A DNA stretch of 64,000 bases, taken from the NCBI RefSeq assembly GCF_036321535.1, contig NC_087453.1, positions 868,001-932,000 on the forward strand. The letters run 5' to 3'. Below are positions 23,684 through 35,800 of this stretch, one piece after another. A model generated the notes under the pieces. The model searched no databases. It was given only the letters and a program-made list of their open reading frames with translations, and was not told the DNA's origin. The DNA comes from Camelus dromedarius (lineage: Eukaryota). The position numbers and the translations under genes are program-made. The stretch's first letter is position 1. Every line of letters starts with the position of its first letter.

Positions 23684-23847
23684 CTAGAGGTCTTCGTGGG
23701 TGGGGCTCAGGTCCACCCGCTGGGCCTTCCCGAACACCAGGAAGGTGCACAGCCCCAGGCTGCTGATGGCGGCCACCAGGTTGAACACGGACGTCCAGGA
23801 GCCCGTGGTCTCGATGAGGTAGCCGCCCAGGCACACGCCCACAACAC
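23684..23847 (-). CDS. SLC17A9: SLC17A9 exon 13 (coding part) VVGVCLGGYLIETTGSWTSVFNLVAAISSLGLCTFLVFGKAQRVDLSPTHEDL*
   Basis: Acceptor ggacacag|GT; TAG ends at 23684. Confidence 0.97.
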
Positions 23848-26800
23848 CTGTGTCCGAGAGAGGGGACAGGCAGGCTGAGTCACAGGCAGCTCCCCCACCC
23901 GAACCCTGAGGACAGTGCAGGAGAGGAGCTGGGGCTGGAGACCTGCAGGAAGGCCGGTGGGACCTGAGGGAGTGAAACCCCTCATTTCCATGGGAGCCCT
24001 CGACCTGTGGGGACCCCGGAACTCAGGGCTCTCAGTCACGTCTATGGATCAGGCTGGTGGGGGTGGTCATTACGTGACATCAGGAGAGAGACCCTGGGGA
24101 AGGCTGCTCTGCTCTCTCTGGGGGCCAGCTCTGGGGCCTAGGCCACCCAACCCCCCCGCACTAGTCTGACAGTGAGACCCCCCCAAAGGGCACCACGCCC
24201 CACCCTGCAAGGCTGAAGCAGCCGGAGCGGGTGGGAGGACATGAAGTGGGGTAGCCAGGCAGCTCCCCAGGGAACTCTGGGCTTGAAACCTGCAGGCAGG
24301 GGGCCCTGGCCCACCTCTCACCTGCCAAGGCCCCAGCTGTGTTGGCCACACCTGTGAACAGGACAGAGAGAGAGCAAGGACAGGTCAGAGGAGGCCAGCT
24401 GTGACCCTCCCACGGCCACCTGCCTGGGGGCCCAGGAGGGGTGAAGGGGTGAGCACGGCCCGGGGTGGGGGCAGCCACTTCCTATTCAAACAGGGGCCTT
24501 GGGCCTCACCAAACAGAAAGCCGGCACAGGACGGGGCCAGGTCCTGGATGTTGACGGAAATGCCACTGTGGGAAAGAGGAAAGGAGGCAGGCGAGTGACC
24601 ACAGGGCGGCCGCCACCCACTGAGCCCGCGGTCAGTCCTCTGAGCACCTGGATCCCGGAGACCGGCCGCCTGCCAGGCCAGGAGCTCGGCCCCCGCCCAG
24701 TGGTGCCACGGCACAGGAGCCCACTCCCAGGATGCAGCAAACAACGGGAAGGCAAGTTTGTGCCAACACACATGTGTCTGCTGTCCACTAACTGGAAAAC
24801 AACGTCAAGTCGCCGATTCCCAAAACAACGTCAGCGCAGTGCTGGTTAAACACTGAGCTGCTGCGCAGGTCAGGAGGATGGCAGACTAGACGGAGGACGA
24901 GGACGAGGACAGGCCCACGTCTGGTCAGAAGATGCTGCTTGGACTGCAGGCCAGCACCTCCCCTCCTGGCCCCTCCTGAGGCACCGGCTTTGTTTTTCCA
25001 AATGGCCCAGGTCCACGCCAGCCTGAAACCCCGACAACCTCACTTTTGGGGACATGCCGCGTGCCCACCATCCACATGTGTCCTGAGCCAGGCGGCTTTT
25101 CCCGTGTGCCCAGGACCTGGAGCCCAAAGGCAGTGTGGGCAGCTCTAGTGGACGTGGCACCCGGCCCTCACCTGTGGTTGAAGGTCTGGAGGCCGATGGA
25201 GGCCGACGCAAAGACCACAGACGTACAAAAGCTCGAGGTGTGACCCAAACACAGGACGAAAACACCGGACAGGCCGAGGCCCATCACCTGCAGGAAAGAC
25301 GAGTGGGGACGGGGCCCCTTCCCCCTTCCCCCTTCCCCGGCGGCCTGGGCACGGGTCAGTGGGCAACCCCTCATGGGCCTGGGCTTGCCCAGAGGACACG
25401 TGAGACGAGGCTGCGCTACTAAGCTGGCCCTGCTGGTGGGAGCTGAAGGGAGGAGGCCCCATTCAACATGAGCAGACCCAGGCCCAGAAGACCGGGGCTC
25501 AGACAAGGGCCTCAGGTCAGCCAAACCAGACCCCAGCACTGACCCAGGGTGCCCTCTGGTCACCATGGTGCACCAGCCACCGCTAGGTCAGGTGATTTGG
25601 GGACACGACCCTCGGGTCCCGGGAACAGAGCAAGGGCATCCAGAGAGTGCCATGCAGGACCCTCCTACCTGCATGAACTTCCGCACGGTAATGGTCCTGT
25701 AACCTGAACAGAAGGGAAGCCAGGAGACATCCCGTTGGCCCATTTGTTCCCCCACCGACGCCCCGGGAATGGGTCCCTCTAGGCACAACTCGGGGGAGGG
25801 GGCGGGGAGAGGAGGGACAGGCCCAGCTAGAGGTGGGGCTCCCTGTGTCGTGGTGAAGTGTGAGCACACGTGTGAATGCTTGTGAGGGCGTCTGCCCTGC
25901 AGGATGTGTGCACTCGAAGGGTCCCCAGGGCCGAGGCCACTCGACAGTGACGAAGTGCTTTCTTTGCGTTTCTGCAAATTTTCTAATTTTTCCACAGTGT
26001 GTGGGTGGCCCTTTTGTAATTAGGACAAGACATCTAAGAAGGACCGCACGTGTAATGCAGGGTCGTAGGGAGTGTGCGTGTGTGCGAGATGGTCATCCTC
26101 GGGGCATGTGCCCTCAGGTCCCAGGCCAGCACCTGACACACATAGCCCACCCAGGCCTGCGACTTCTAACCTCCCCAGGTGTCCTTTCCTCCTCTAAAGG
26201 GGGTGGTGCTGCATCTAGGCCCCAGGTTGGGGAACTGCATGGTCACAGCACGACTGTGTCCTAATGCCGGGGGTCCCACTCACAGCCTGGTCCTCCGGGG
26301 GCGTGGCCTCTTCCCGTCACTACAGCTGCAGCCCAGGAGGGGTGCCTCCCTACCCCCCAGGGGAGGCAAAGCCCAGGCATGTCCCCCCACCCAGCCCCGC
26401 CCCCAGAGCTCACCCTGACTGATGAGACGGTCAGAGAGAAGCCCGCTGAACAGACCAGCAGGAATGGCCACCAGCCAGGGCACCACGTTGAAGACCCAGC
26501 CCTGCAGGAAGGAGGGTGGAGAGCCATGAGGCGGCCACCCGGGACAGGACGAGCAGCCATGCCCACCGCAGCCCAGAGGGGCGCTCAGCCCACAGGCCGG
26601 GCCCCTCTAGACCCTAACTCATCCCTCTGGCAGAGCTCTGGGCCCACTAGTGCAGTATCTCCCATGGGCAGAACCTCCCTCAGGGCTCCCCACATCCCGC
26701 CAGGCAGACCTGGGGGGACGCACCCCGTCCCCTGGTCACAGAACCCGGCAGGTGGCCAAGGTGGGGTGGAGTCAGCCTAGCTGACCGGCAGGTGACGTCC

Positions 26801-29800
26801 ACGTCCACATCACGGCCCCCGCGTGGCCCTCGCTGGGAAGGGCTGTCCCGGCTGGGCCGGGCAGACGGGGCAGCAGCTGCGCCCCTCCAGTGCGCACCTT
26901 GGCGCCGGCATCGAGCCGCATGGGGTCAGGACGACAAGAGTCCCAGTCCGAGGAACCCAGGACCCCTATGCACACCTGGCATGTGCTTTGTGGCGCCCCC
27001 ACCCTGTGAGCCGCCAGCCGCCGGGTGGCCAACCCACCTTGGAGTTGGGGAAGGTCTCCTTAAAGAAGGTCGGCAGCCAGGAGAGGAGGATGAAGAAGGA
27101 ACAAGCCGCCGAGAGCTGGGAGATGATGGCTGCCCTGGGGGGCGGGCGCCAGGCTCAGGGTCCTCGCCTCCACCCAAGCCCCGTCCCACACCAGGGCGGC
27201 CAGGGGCCTGAGGGTGCCTTGCGCGGCCGCTCGCCCTGTGGTCAGTGTCCCCAGGGCCCCAAACCCCATCCATCCCGGCACACCCACTGTGACTGTGACT
27301 CATGGCAGCCAGGCTCACCAGACGGAAGACTTCCAGAAGAGCCGTCTCCAGGGCACTTTGGTGTGCCTAGTCACCCGCAGGCCCTGTGCCAGGACGCCCA
27401 AGGCCAGGAGGAGATCTGAAGGGAGCAAGGCATTTCCCCGTGAGCGCCATTCAAGTCAGGCCAACGGCTCTGCTCCCAGAGGCCAGCACTGGGGCAGCTC
27501 GTGGGCACCCTGGCTCTCCGTGGGGCCACCCCTTCCTCTCCGTCAGTGCCCGGGGTCGGCAGCGTTTGCCCTTGGGGGCCAACACCAGTGTCCAGTTTGA
27601 ACAAACTTTCTGTTTGTTCATCTATCCTGCCTACACCCCTAGCTCTCAACCCCCAGGCTCCAGCCACTAGAAGCCACCACTGGTCCTGCCAACTGCCTCT
27701 GCCGGCCGGGCAGCTCCCAGCACACCTCTCATCCAACACGGCTGTCGGACTGGTCGTGGCCACAACCGGGCTGAGAGCTCCGGGAGCAGCACCTTCTGTG
27801 AGGCTCTGTCTGGGGGATCCTTCTCTAAAGGGGGAGGCCACAGCCCCGGGGTCCCGCTGAGCTGGCCTGCTCTGCGGGCGGTCGGTGGCCCCTCGCCGGA
27901 GGGGACGAGGCGCCGGGCCCTGGCCCTTCCCAGCAGCCGCACGTACCTTTCTCACTCAACAGGCACCTGTACACGTAACACACCCACAGCAGGGTGAGCC
28001 CGCCGGAGAAATAGAAGACGCTCTGCCAGCCGCACCAGTCCAGGAGCAGGGAGCCCGCGGCCCCCGTCAGCAGCGTCCTGTTCCGACAGAGGGGCTTCGC
28101 TGGGAGGAGACCCCACCCGGCACGAGCCGACTCCCCGTAAAGAGGGCGCTTTCGTCGCCCGTAAAGCAAGGGCTCGGGAGCCCCAGTCTCCTCGCAGGCT
28201 GCTAGGGACGCAGGCTTCCACGAGAGACCCCCGGGGCCGCGGGGCCGCGGCGAGGCACAGCGGCCCGGGTCGCCAGGCCTCCACGCTGGCCGACAGCTGT
28301 GGTGCGGAGCCTCTCTGAGTGGAAACGGCAGCGGAAAGAAAACGGCGCCCAGAGCACACTGGCGTAAAACCTCCAGGCGGCTCAGCGTCACTGACGGAGT
28401 GGGGACCGTTCAGGAAGGTATCTCAGTGCAAACAGCCAGGAAACCCAGCCCCCACCCGCCCCCGGCCCTGCTGGCCCCACTGTCCCAGGCACTCCCCGGG
28501 GCCCTCCCTCCCGGCCCACCAGTTGGCCTGTCTGTTCAGGGGTCCGCCTGCAGCCCCCCATCTGCTGACGTCTGGCCAGGAGACAGTGAAAGGAGGAGAA
28601 AAGGAGGAAGCCCCCCACCAAGGCCAGGGGGCCTGTGAAAGGCCGCTTGCCCCTCCCAGCCTCCATTTCCCAGTCTGGGAGGCGGGCACAGTCTCTCGAT
28701 GGGCCTCCTGCCCTGTGGGCCCAGGACGCCTGGGCAAACAGGATTTCAGAAGAACAGACACCCTTTCTCAGTGCAAGTGTGCCCCAAACTGCTTATCTGA
28801 AGTTCACATTTCACCGAGAACCTGGGGGTTTCTATTTGGGCTGCTCCCGGCCCACCCACAGGCACCCCTCGGCCCTCTGAATTCCCGCCTAGACCCGGGC
28901 AGCAGTGAAGTGAAGGGGGGTCGTGAGGCCCCACAGGCCTCCCCAAGGAGGCTCTGGAGCTCCGAGGGTGACGCAGGGAGAAGGGGCACAGCTTTCACAT
29001 CTGAACGGTGGCAGGTCCCTTCGAGCCCAAATACAGGCCATCTGCCCACCATCGGGTGGACACCCTGTTCTGTCAGCACAGATGGACGCTTGGGAGCTTG
29101 ACGCCCAGTCCGTGTGTCCGAGCCCCAAAGCCCATGCCACCTGCCGCTGGCCCTGGGGGCTGGAGCATGCACAGGGAGCAGCACTTTGCACGGGGACGGG
29201 GGGTGGCGAGTGCCTCCTGGGGCACAGAGCCCGCGGTGCGTCCCTGGACGTGCGTCGCCTGTCCCCGCCCAGACTCCTCAGGGCCGCTGTGCCAGGTGCA
29301 CGCCCTTTGCCTTCCCCCGACTGCCCCCAGGCTGGGACTCACCCGAACTGGGAGCCGGCCCCCACGGTGCTGTAGGTGAAGGCCCGCTCGCTCTCCCGCA
29401 CCTTCTGCGACAGCAGGCTGGTCAGCGCAGGGAAGTAGACCCCTGGAGTGGCAGAGAAGGCAGAGGCCCCCTGGAGCTAAGACCTGAGCCGGCACACGGG
29501 CCCAGCCAGGGGGCCAGTGGGAGGTGACAGCCAGGCCCTGAAGCTCTGCTGGGCCATCAGTGGTTATTCAAGTCCGCATGTCCTTCCTGCCTGCCTCACC
29601 CCAGGGACCAGGGGACCAGCAGGGCTGGGCTTTTCCTGGACACTCAGCTTGGTGGGGGCGTCCTTCCACCAGGACGGCTCCTGGGTCCACGTTGGTGCTC
29701 CTACCACCATTACGCGGGCTCCCAGAGCGCACAGCTCCAGGGTCCTGGCAGGTGCGGGCTCGAGCGCACGCCTGCGACCTGCATACACGCACACACACTG

Positions 29801-32800
29801 ACTCACACTCACACACGGGTCACAGTAGCGCACACGCACTGACCCACACAGGGCATGTGCATCAGGTGAGACCTGAATGGCCCCGCGGAGCCCCAGTACC
29901 AGGTCCTGAATCTGACATCGTCCTGCAGCTACACGAGGTGCCCCCGTGGGGTGGGGGGGAGGGCGCGCAGGACCTCCCTGCACCTTTCACTGCAGCTTTC
30001 TCTGAATCTATAATTATTTCAAAATCTAGCATTAAAACATCTGCACCGGGGACTGCGGCTTTTGCCGGTTTCATTGCGCTTTTCTCCAAAAGCACTTGGG
30101 AAGCTCAGAGGCCAGGGCTCCGGGGCAGGTCTTGGTCCCTGCCCTCCCACTGGGGCCCCAGGTGGGTCCCTGCCCACCCCGAGTGCCAGCCACCCAGGGC
30201 GAAAGTTGCCCCTTGAGCCCCAGACTGTCTGCAATAATGGGCACAGGTCAGCCACAGAGAGAAGTCCTTTTGCCTCCCAGCAGGGTGAGGGCCAACCTGC
30301 TGGGGGCCCAGTGATCAGCTCCCCGCTCAGGAATGCCTGGGCCTCGCACAGCTCAGTCCTGGTAACTTCACCTGCAGGACAGAGTGCACCAGCCACGGCC
30401 ACGTGGGAGCACAGGAGCAGGACGCCTGGACCACCAGGACCAGCTGTGGGTGGGGCTGGCGGGGCTGGTGGGGCTGATCAGGAAACAGGCAGGGGTCAGT
30501 TGCAGGGTATCTGGGGTCCCAGGGGCTTCGGCTGGAGGCAGGCCCATGTCCTGCACTGGGCTCTGGGAAGGGGGAGAGGGAGAGGCAGGGAGGAAGGGCT
30601 CACACCCAGGTCTGGAGGCTGTTGGGTTCCACGCTGGGGCAGGGCAGGAGCTCAGGCCATTCCATTCCTTGGAGGGTGGGCCATGCACCCCAGCCACCGG
30701 GGTCCTTTGGGGGGCTCTCTCTGGAAGTCTAATATCCCCACGCACGGGAGCCAGAGGTCTTGGGAACTTGGCATCCCCTCAGCCTGCTGGCCCGGCCAGC
30801 GGCAGGTGTGGCCCTGACTGGCAGCACACAGAAATTTGGCAGGTCCCCACCATGTGGCCAGTGGAGCCGACGGTTACCACGTGGCAACCTGGCTGTCACC
30901 CAGGTCCCGGAGCAAACTTTCTGGCAGAGGAGCACATGTGACGTTAGACAGAGCCAGACTCTGAAGGGAAAAACGGAAAGAGCCTCAGGTGCCAAGGCAT
31001 CGGCGCACCAACAGGCCAGCGGGCAGCCCGCCGGCGGGGACTGTCCTCCCACTCAGCCAGGCCACGCAGCCGGGGGCAGCGGCCCAGCCAGCCGGAGGGT
31101 CCCGCCGCCTCACCGCCAACAGCGCTGAGGTGCTGGCGCCCTCGCTCTGGTCTGAGGCAGAGTCTGGGGCACAGCACACGCAGGAGCACATGGGAGGACA
31201 TGTGTGCACGCACATGAGCAGCCACCTGAACAGGCACCGTGCACACGTGAACACGCGTGTGCACACCCTCCCCTTGCTCCGCACGCCTGGGCTGGAGGGG
31301 GAGTGCTGGCGGCGTGAGGGCAGCTGCCGCGGCCCTCCCTACCTTGCAGCAGGCCCGTGAGGATGCGCGAGAAGGTCATGAAGGCCAGGTGGGCGCTGCC
31401 CAGCTGGGCGAGCAGCGGGGTGGCGGCGGTGATGCAGCCCCAGGCGGAGGCCGACAGCAAGATGACCTTCTCACCCCCGATCCTGCAGGAAACAGGAGGT
31501 CAGCCATGGGGGCTAGGAGGCCAGGAGGCCAGGAGGCCCCGCCAGGGAGGGGCGGGAGGGGGCCTGCACCATCCCTCGCCTGGGGCAGCCCTCTGGGGCA
31601 GGCCTCCGCCACTTCCCCTCTGCAGAGGCGGCCGAGGATGAGCGGGTCCATCTGCCTCACTGGGAGCCGGTGCTCCCCAGGGCATCCAGCACCCTAAGAC
31701 AGCTGCGTGCGGCCCTGGCCCAGCCCCCGTGTGGACTTCGGGTCTCTGCTCCCGGCTTCCTATGTGTGGGGCCTCTCCCCACATTCATCTCCAAGGAGCC
31801 ACCTCCCCGCCGTACACGCAACTCCGAGGAGCCACCTCCTCGCCGTAGCAGCACAGCCCCCTCCCCCAAGAGCAGCCCCAGCCCAGCACAGGGAGTGGGG
31901 GAGGGGGTTACCGGTCCCCCAGGTGGCCGCCCACCACCTGGGTCAGGCAGTAGCCCCAAAAGAAGCTGCTGAGCACGAGGCCAGCCTCCTTCTTGTTCCA
32001 GCCGAAGTCTTGGCTCATGGAGACGGCACAGATGGGCATGCTGACGCGGGCGCAGTACAGCAGGCACGTGCCCAGCAGCAGGGTCCCCGTCCACAGCTGG
32101 CACTCGGGCCTGCAGGAGAGAAGGGGCTCTGTCAGGCCTGGGAGGGGCGGAGACCTTCTCCACCAGCGTCGGAAGGAAGCAGCTTGGCCACCTCTCAGAC
32201 TGTGCCTCCTGACTCCCAGGAGAACGCGGCAGGCCCTAGAAACGACACCCACTGTCCCTCAGACAGCGGAGGTGGGAACACGGATGGGGCGAAGGCAGTC
32301 GGGGGCGCTGCTCCTCAGGACCCAGGGCCTAGGAAGGCAGCCAGGCAGAAGCTGGCAGCTAGTCACCCATCCGGGGGGCGGAGGGCCAGGCAGGAGGACC
32401 CCTGCTGAGGCAGATGGCGGGGAGGGAGTCCCGCGGCGGCGGTGGGGGCAGCACCCTGGGCCCCTGCCCCTGAGGCAGGCTGTGCTGGGCGGCGGGCAAC
32501 CGAACACCATGCCTGGGGGGCAGTCGGCCAGACAAACGTCCACATGGGGACAGTGCACAGAACTCCTGGCCAGCAACCCTCTGCAGTCAGTCCCTAAACC
32601 AAGGAAAGCCAGAAACCGCCAAAAACGGGAGGAGTCCGAGCGCCGTCCGACTCAGTGCCTGTGGGGTCCTGGCTGGGGTCCCGGCACCAGGTGAAGCTGC
32701 CGAGATCGGAGCAAAGCCCCGCTCTGGTCAGCAGTGCCGCACGGGCTGGGTCCCGCACGGCGACAGGGGCCCTAGCCTGCGGCGGGAACAGGGGAGCCCA

Positions 32801-35800
32801 GTGTGGCGCGGATGGAACTGTGTGAAGCTGAGCTGCTCTGAAAGAAAGTTCTGGAGGGGGTGTGTGTGTGTGTTCTCTTTCCTTTTCTTTCAGTGGAGGT
32901 GCTGGGCCTTGAAGCCAGGGCCTCGCACATGCTCGGCACGTGCACTCCCACCGAGCTGTGCCCTCTACCCAGATGTATTCGGCTTTGTTTTAATGAAAGA
33001 GAGAGGAGCCTCACTGCCTTTTTGGGGGCGGGGGGGATGAGGTGGGCACCAGTGGGGGATGGCCTGGGGGAGGGGCACACTGGTGTCTTGCCAGGTCTTT
33101 GTGCAGGGCGGGGACATCCCCTGGGGGGGCCACGACCGGAGGGCAGTGGGTCAGGAGAGTGGAGAGCCCTTGAAGCAGCCTCAGCGGGGGTCTCAGGAGT
33201 CCCGCAGGCACCTAGGCTCACCTGCCTGGCTGGGGCGGGGGTTCTCCCTGGGCGGGTGGGGGGTGACATGCACAAAGGGAGGAAGCTCAGGCTGCGGGGT
33301 CAGGGGCTCCGGGCCTGGGGGCCCCGACGCCTAGCCGAAGGGGGCCGAGGTGTTAGTGCCACAGAGCCTCCGGGAGGTCACCAGGCAGGTGTCTAGGAGG
33401 TGAGGCCGGCTGGAGCCTCGTGGGCAGTTCTCAGAACAGAGCAGGGAAGGGCGCGTCTCACCCGGAGGACGAGCCAGGACACTGGAGTTTCACCCTTGCT
33501 CCCCAAACCCCTTTCGCACCCCTGCCTGGATGTGGTGGGGGGCTCCCCTGGCTGTCAGAGAACAGTGAGTGGGGCCAAGGGCGGTGGAAGCTTGGACACC
33601 ATCTGCGGACACAGGGGCAAATTTCCCACCGGCCAGACCCCTCCAGGCTCAGGCTGCGAGGCCGACTTGGCGGGGACAGTTCAGGGGGAGGCCAGGACCA
33701 CCCCTGGCAGGGCTAGAGCCCTCGTCTGGATGCCTCCCAGGGGCGAGACCTCAGAAGCCCTGAGGGCAACTTCACGCCTGAAGGTTTTGCCAGCTGGGCC
33801 GGAGCCAGCAGGTGGCACGCTGGTCAGGAACCTGATAAGTGGGTGCCACAACAAGTGTCCATTATCTCCAGGGCAAGAGCAGGGTGCCAGCAGTGAGCCC
33901 GTCGCCCAGCACCCTCCTCCCGCAGCATGGACCACCGAGGCCTGGCGCTGGCTGGACGTGTTGGGGAAGGTGCTGCTGCCCTAGACCTTGTCATGGCCAC
34001 TGTCATCCTGGGGCAGCTGCAGCCACAAGGCCAGCCATGCCGGGGGCACATGGGATGAATCACCTGGCCTCCCCGAGCTTCAGTTTCCTCAGTGAAGAAA
34101 GGCTTGTGGCCCTGACACCTGCCTGCTTCATGGTCAGCAAACAGCAAGATGACCTGCTGGTGCCTGGTGCCCAACAGGGAACCGTTGTGACTGGCCTGTG
34201 CTCTGGCCAGCACCTCCGCACGGTCCACTACCCCCTTGCAAACCACAGTGTACTTTTCCACAGTCGGGGAAGCGAGGCGAGGAGGATACAGCTTGCCCCT
34301 TTTCTCAGGCTGCAGAGGCCCTCGTGGGGGTGTCCCAGGGCTGCACCCCCAAGGAGGTGTGGGGCCCAGCAATCCCACTGGCAGAGACAGCTGAGACCAT
34401 CACTTGTGGGTTTGGGGGCGGATGAGAACAGATCCGTGTTGGCAGGCCGGTGCCTGGCTCGGAGTTCAGGAATGACAGTCCAGGCAACTTGATGAAGTGC
34501 GCGTCTCATGCGTTGACCGACTCTTCCCAGGGAAGAGACTTGGGTGCTGGTGTGGGCCCTTGCATGACTCGGGGGAGCCCCGTCCCTTCCCTGGGCACCA
34601 CTGCCCCTGTGAGCCAGTGAAGAGGCTGTACTGACCAGACCTCAGGCTGCGTCTCTGGGTGTTCAGAGGGGTGCCGGGGTGGAGCTCCAGGGCACCCCTC
34701 TGTATTTGCTTTTTATACTGGAACTTCCGATGGGAAACAGGGTCCAGTGCTAGAAACAGACCCTGAGTTCTGCAATTCCAGGAGCTGGCCGCTCAAGCAA
34801 GCTTGGCTGAAGCTGGGGGAGGGCGCTCTACTTGGAAAATGCCCAGGGACCCCCTCAGTGACCAGCGGAGGGACCCGTCATCATGCCTGCACCCTACTTC
34901 CTGCTTCTTAAAATGCTACTGGAATGACTCAGAAGCCAAGACGATGGGACCATCAGCCAGGCAGCAGACAGGACAGGTCTCAGTGGCCCCGCCCACCCCC
35001 CACCCCCCACTTGAGAGGCCAAGCGGAGGGAGTGGAGCCCCACGGCGCAGCTCACCGGTCCTCCTGGGGCCTGGTGGCCCTGAATACTAGTTTTTTCTCA
35101 GAATCAGACTGTGAGGTGGGGGTGGGGAGGAGAGCCCCCGAGTGGCGCCTGCTCAGAGCCTGAGCCTGTGTTCGTGACATGGGACCCCTGGGCTGAGGCT
35201 GCTACGGGCTCGGGAACCTGGCCCCTGCAGAGTTCCGACCGTGGGGATGCCCCCAGCCCACCCTCCTGCCCCTGGATCCCCGGCCAAGAGCTGCAGGCCT
35301 CGTGGGGACACTCTTCCGCTGAGCAGACAATCCCACTGGGCCTACTGAGGCGGCACAGTCCAAACTGCCCAGTAAAATCCGTCCAGCCGGCCACCTGGGC
35401 CCCTGGAGTGGGCTGGCAGAGGAGCGGGCCGGCCAGTGAGCCCTCTGCAGACACACGGGCACAGCTAGGTCTGTGCTGCCTGGGGCTCCAGGGGAGCAGC
35501 AGGGGCTGGGGGTAACGCTGTCACCCCCCCAACCCCGACACCCTGGTCTGACAGTGCCCTCAGGAGGGAGCTTTACATGCTCGACACATTTAGAGACAAA
35601 CGAGTGGTTCCCAGCGGGCGGGGGTGCGGGGAGCCGGGGGAGGAGGTCAAAAGGTAATTAGGGGATTACACAAAACCGTGTGCGTTCGGCTCTGAAAGTT
35701 GTAAAGCTCTATAGCAGTAAAGATCTTTCACTCAATTAAAGCAACCAATTAATCAATCCATAAAAGGCAGCTTTATTCCTTTATGGGCTCAAAGCCCGGA

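Noticed and set aside
28319-29101. 260-aa ORF in SLC17A9 intron 4 (similar ORFs at 39851-40825)
   Set aside because: GC-rich intronic or intergenic ORFs with no recognisable family; the real SLC17A9 exons already account for the gene.
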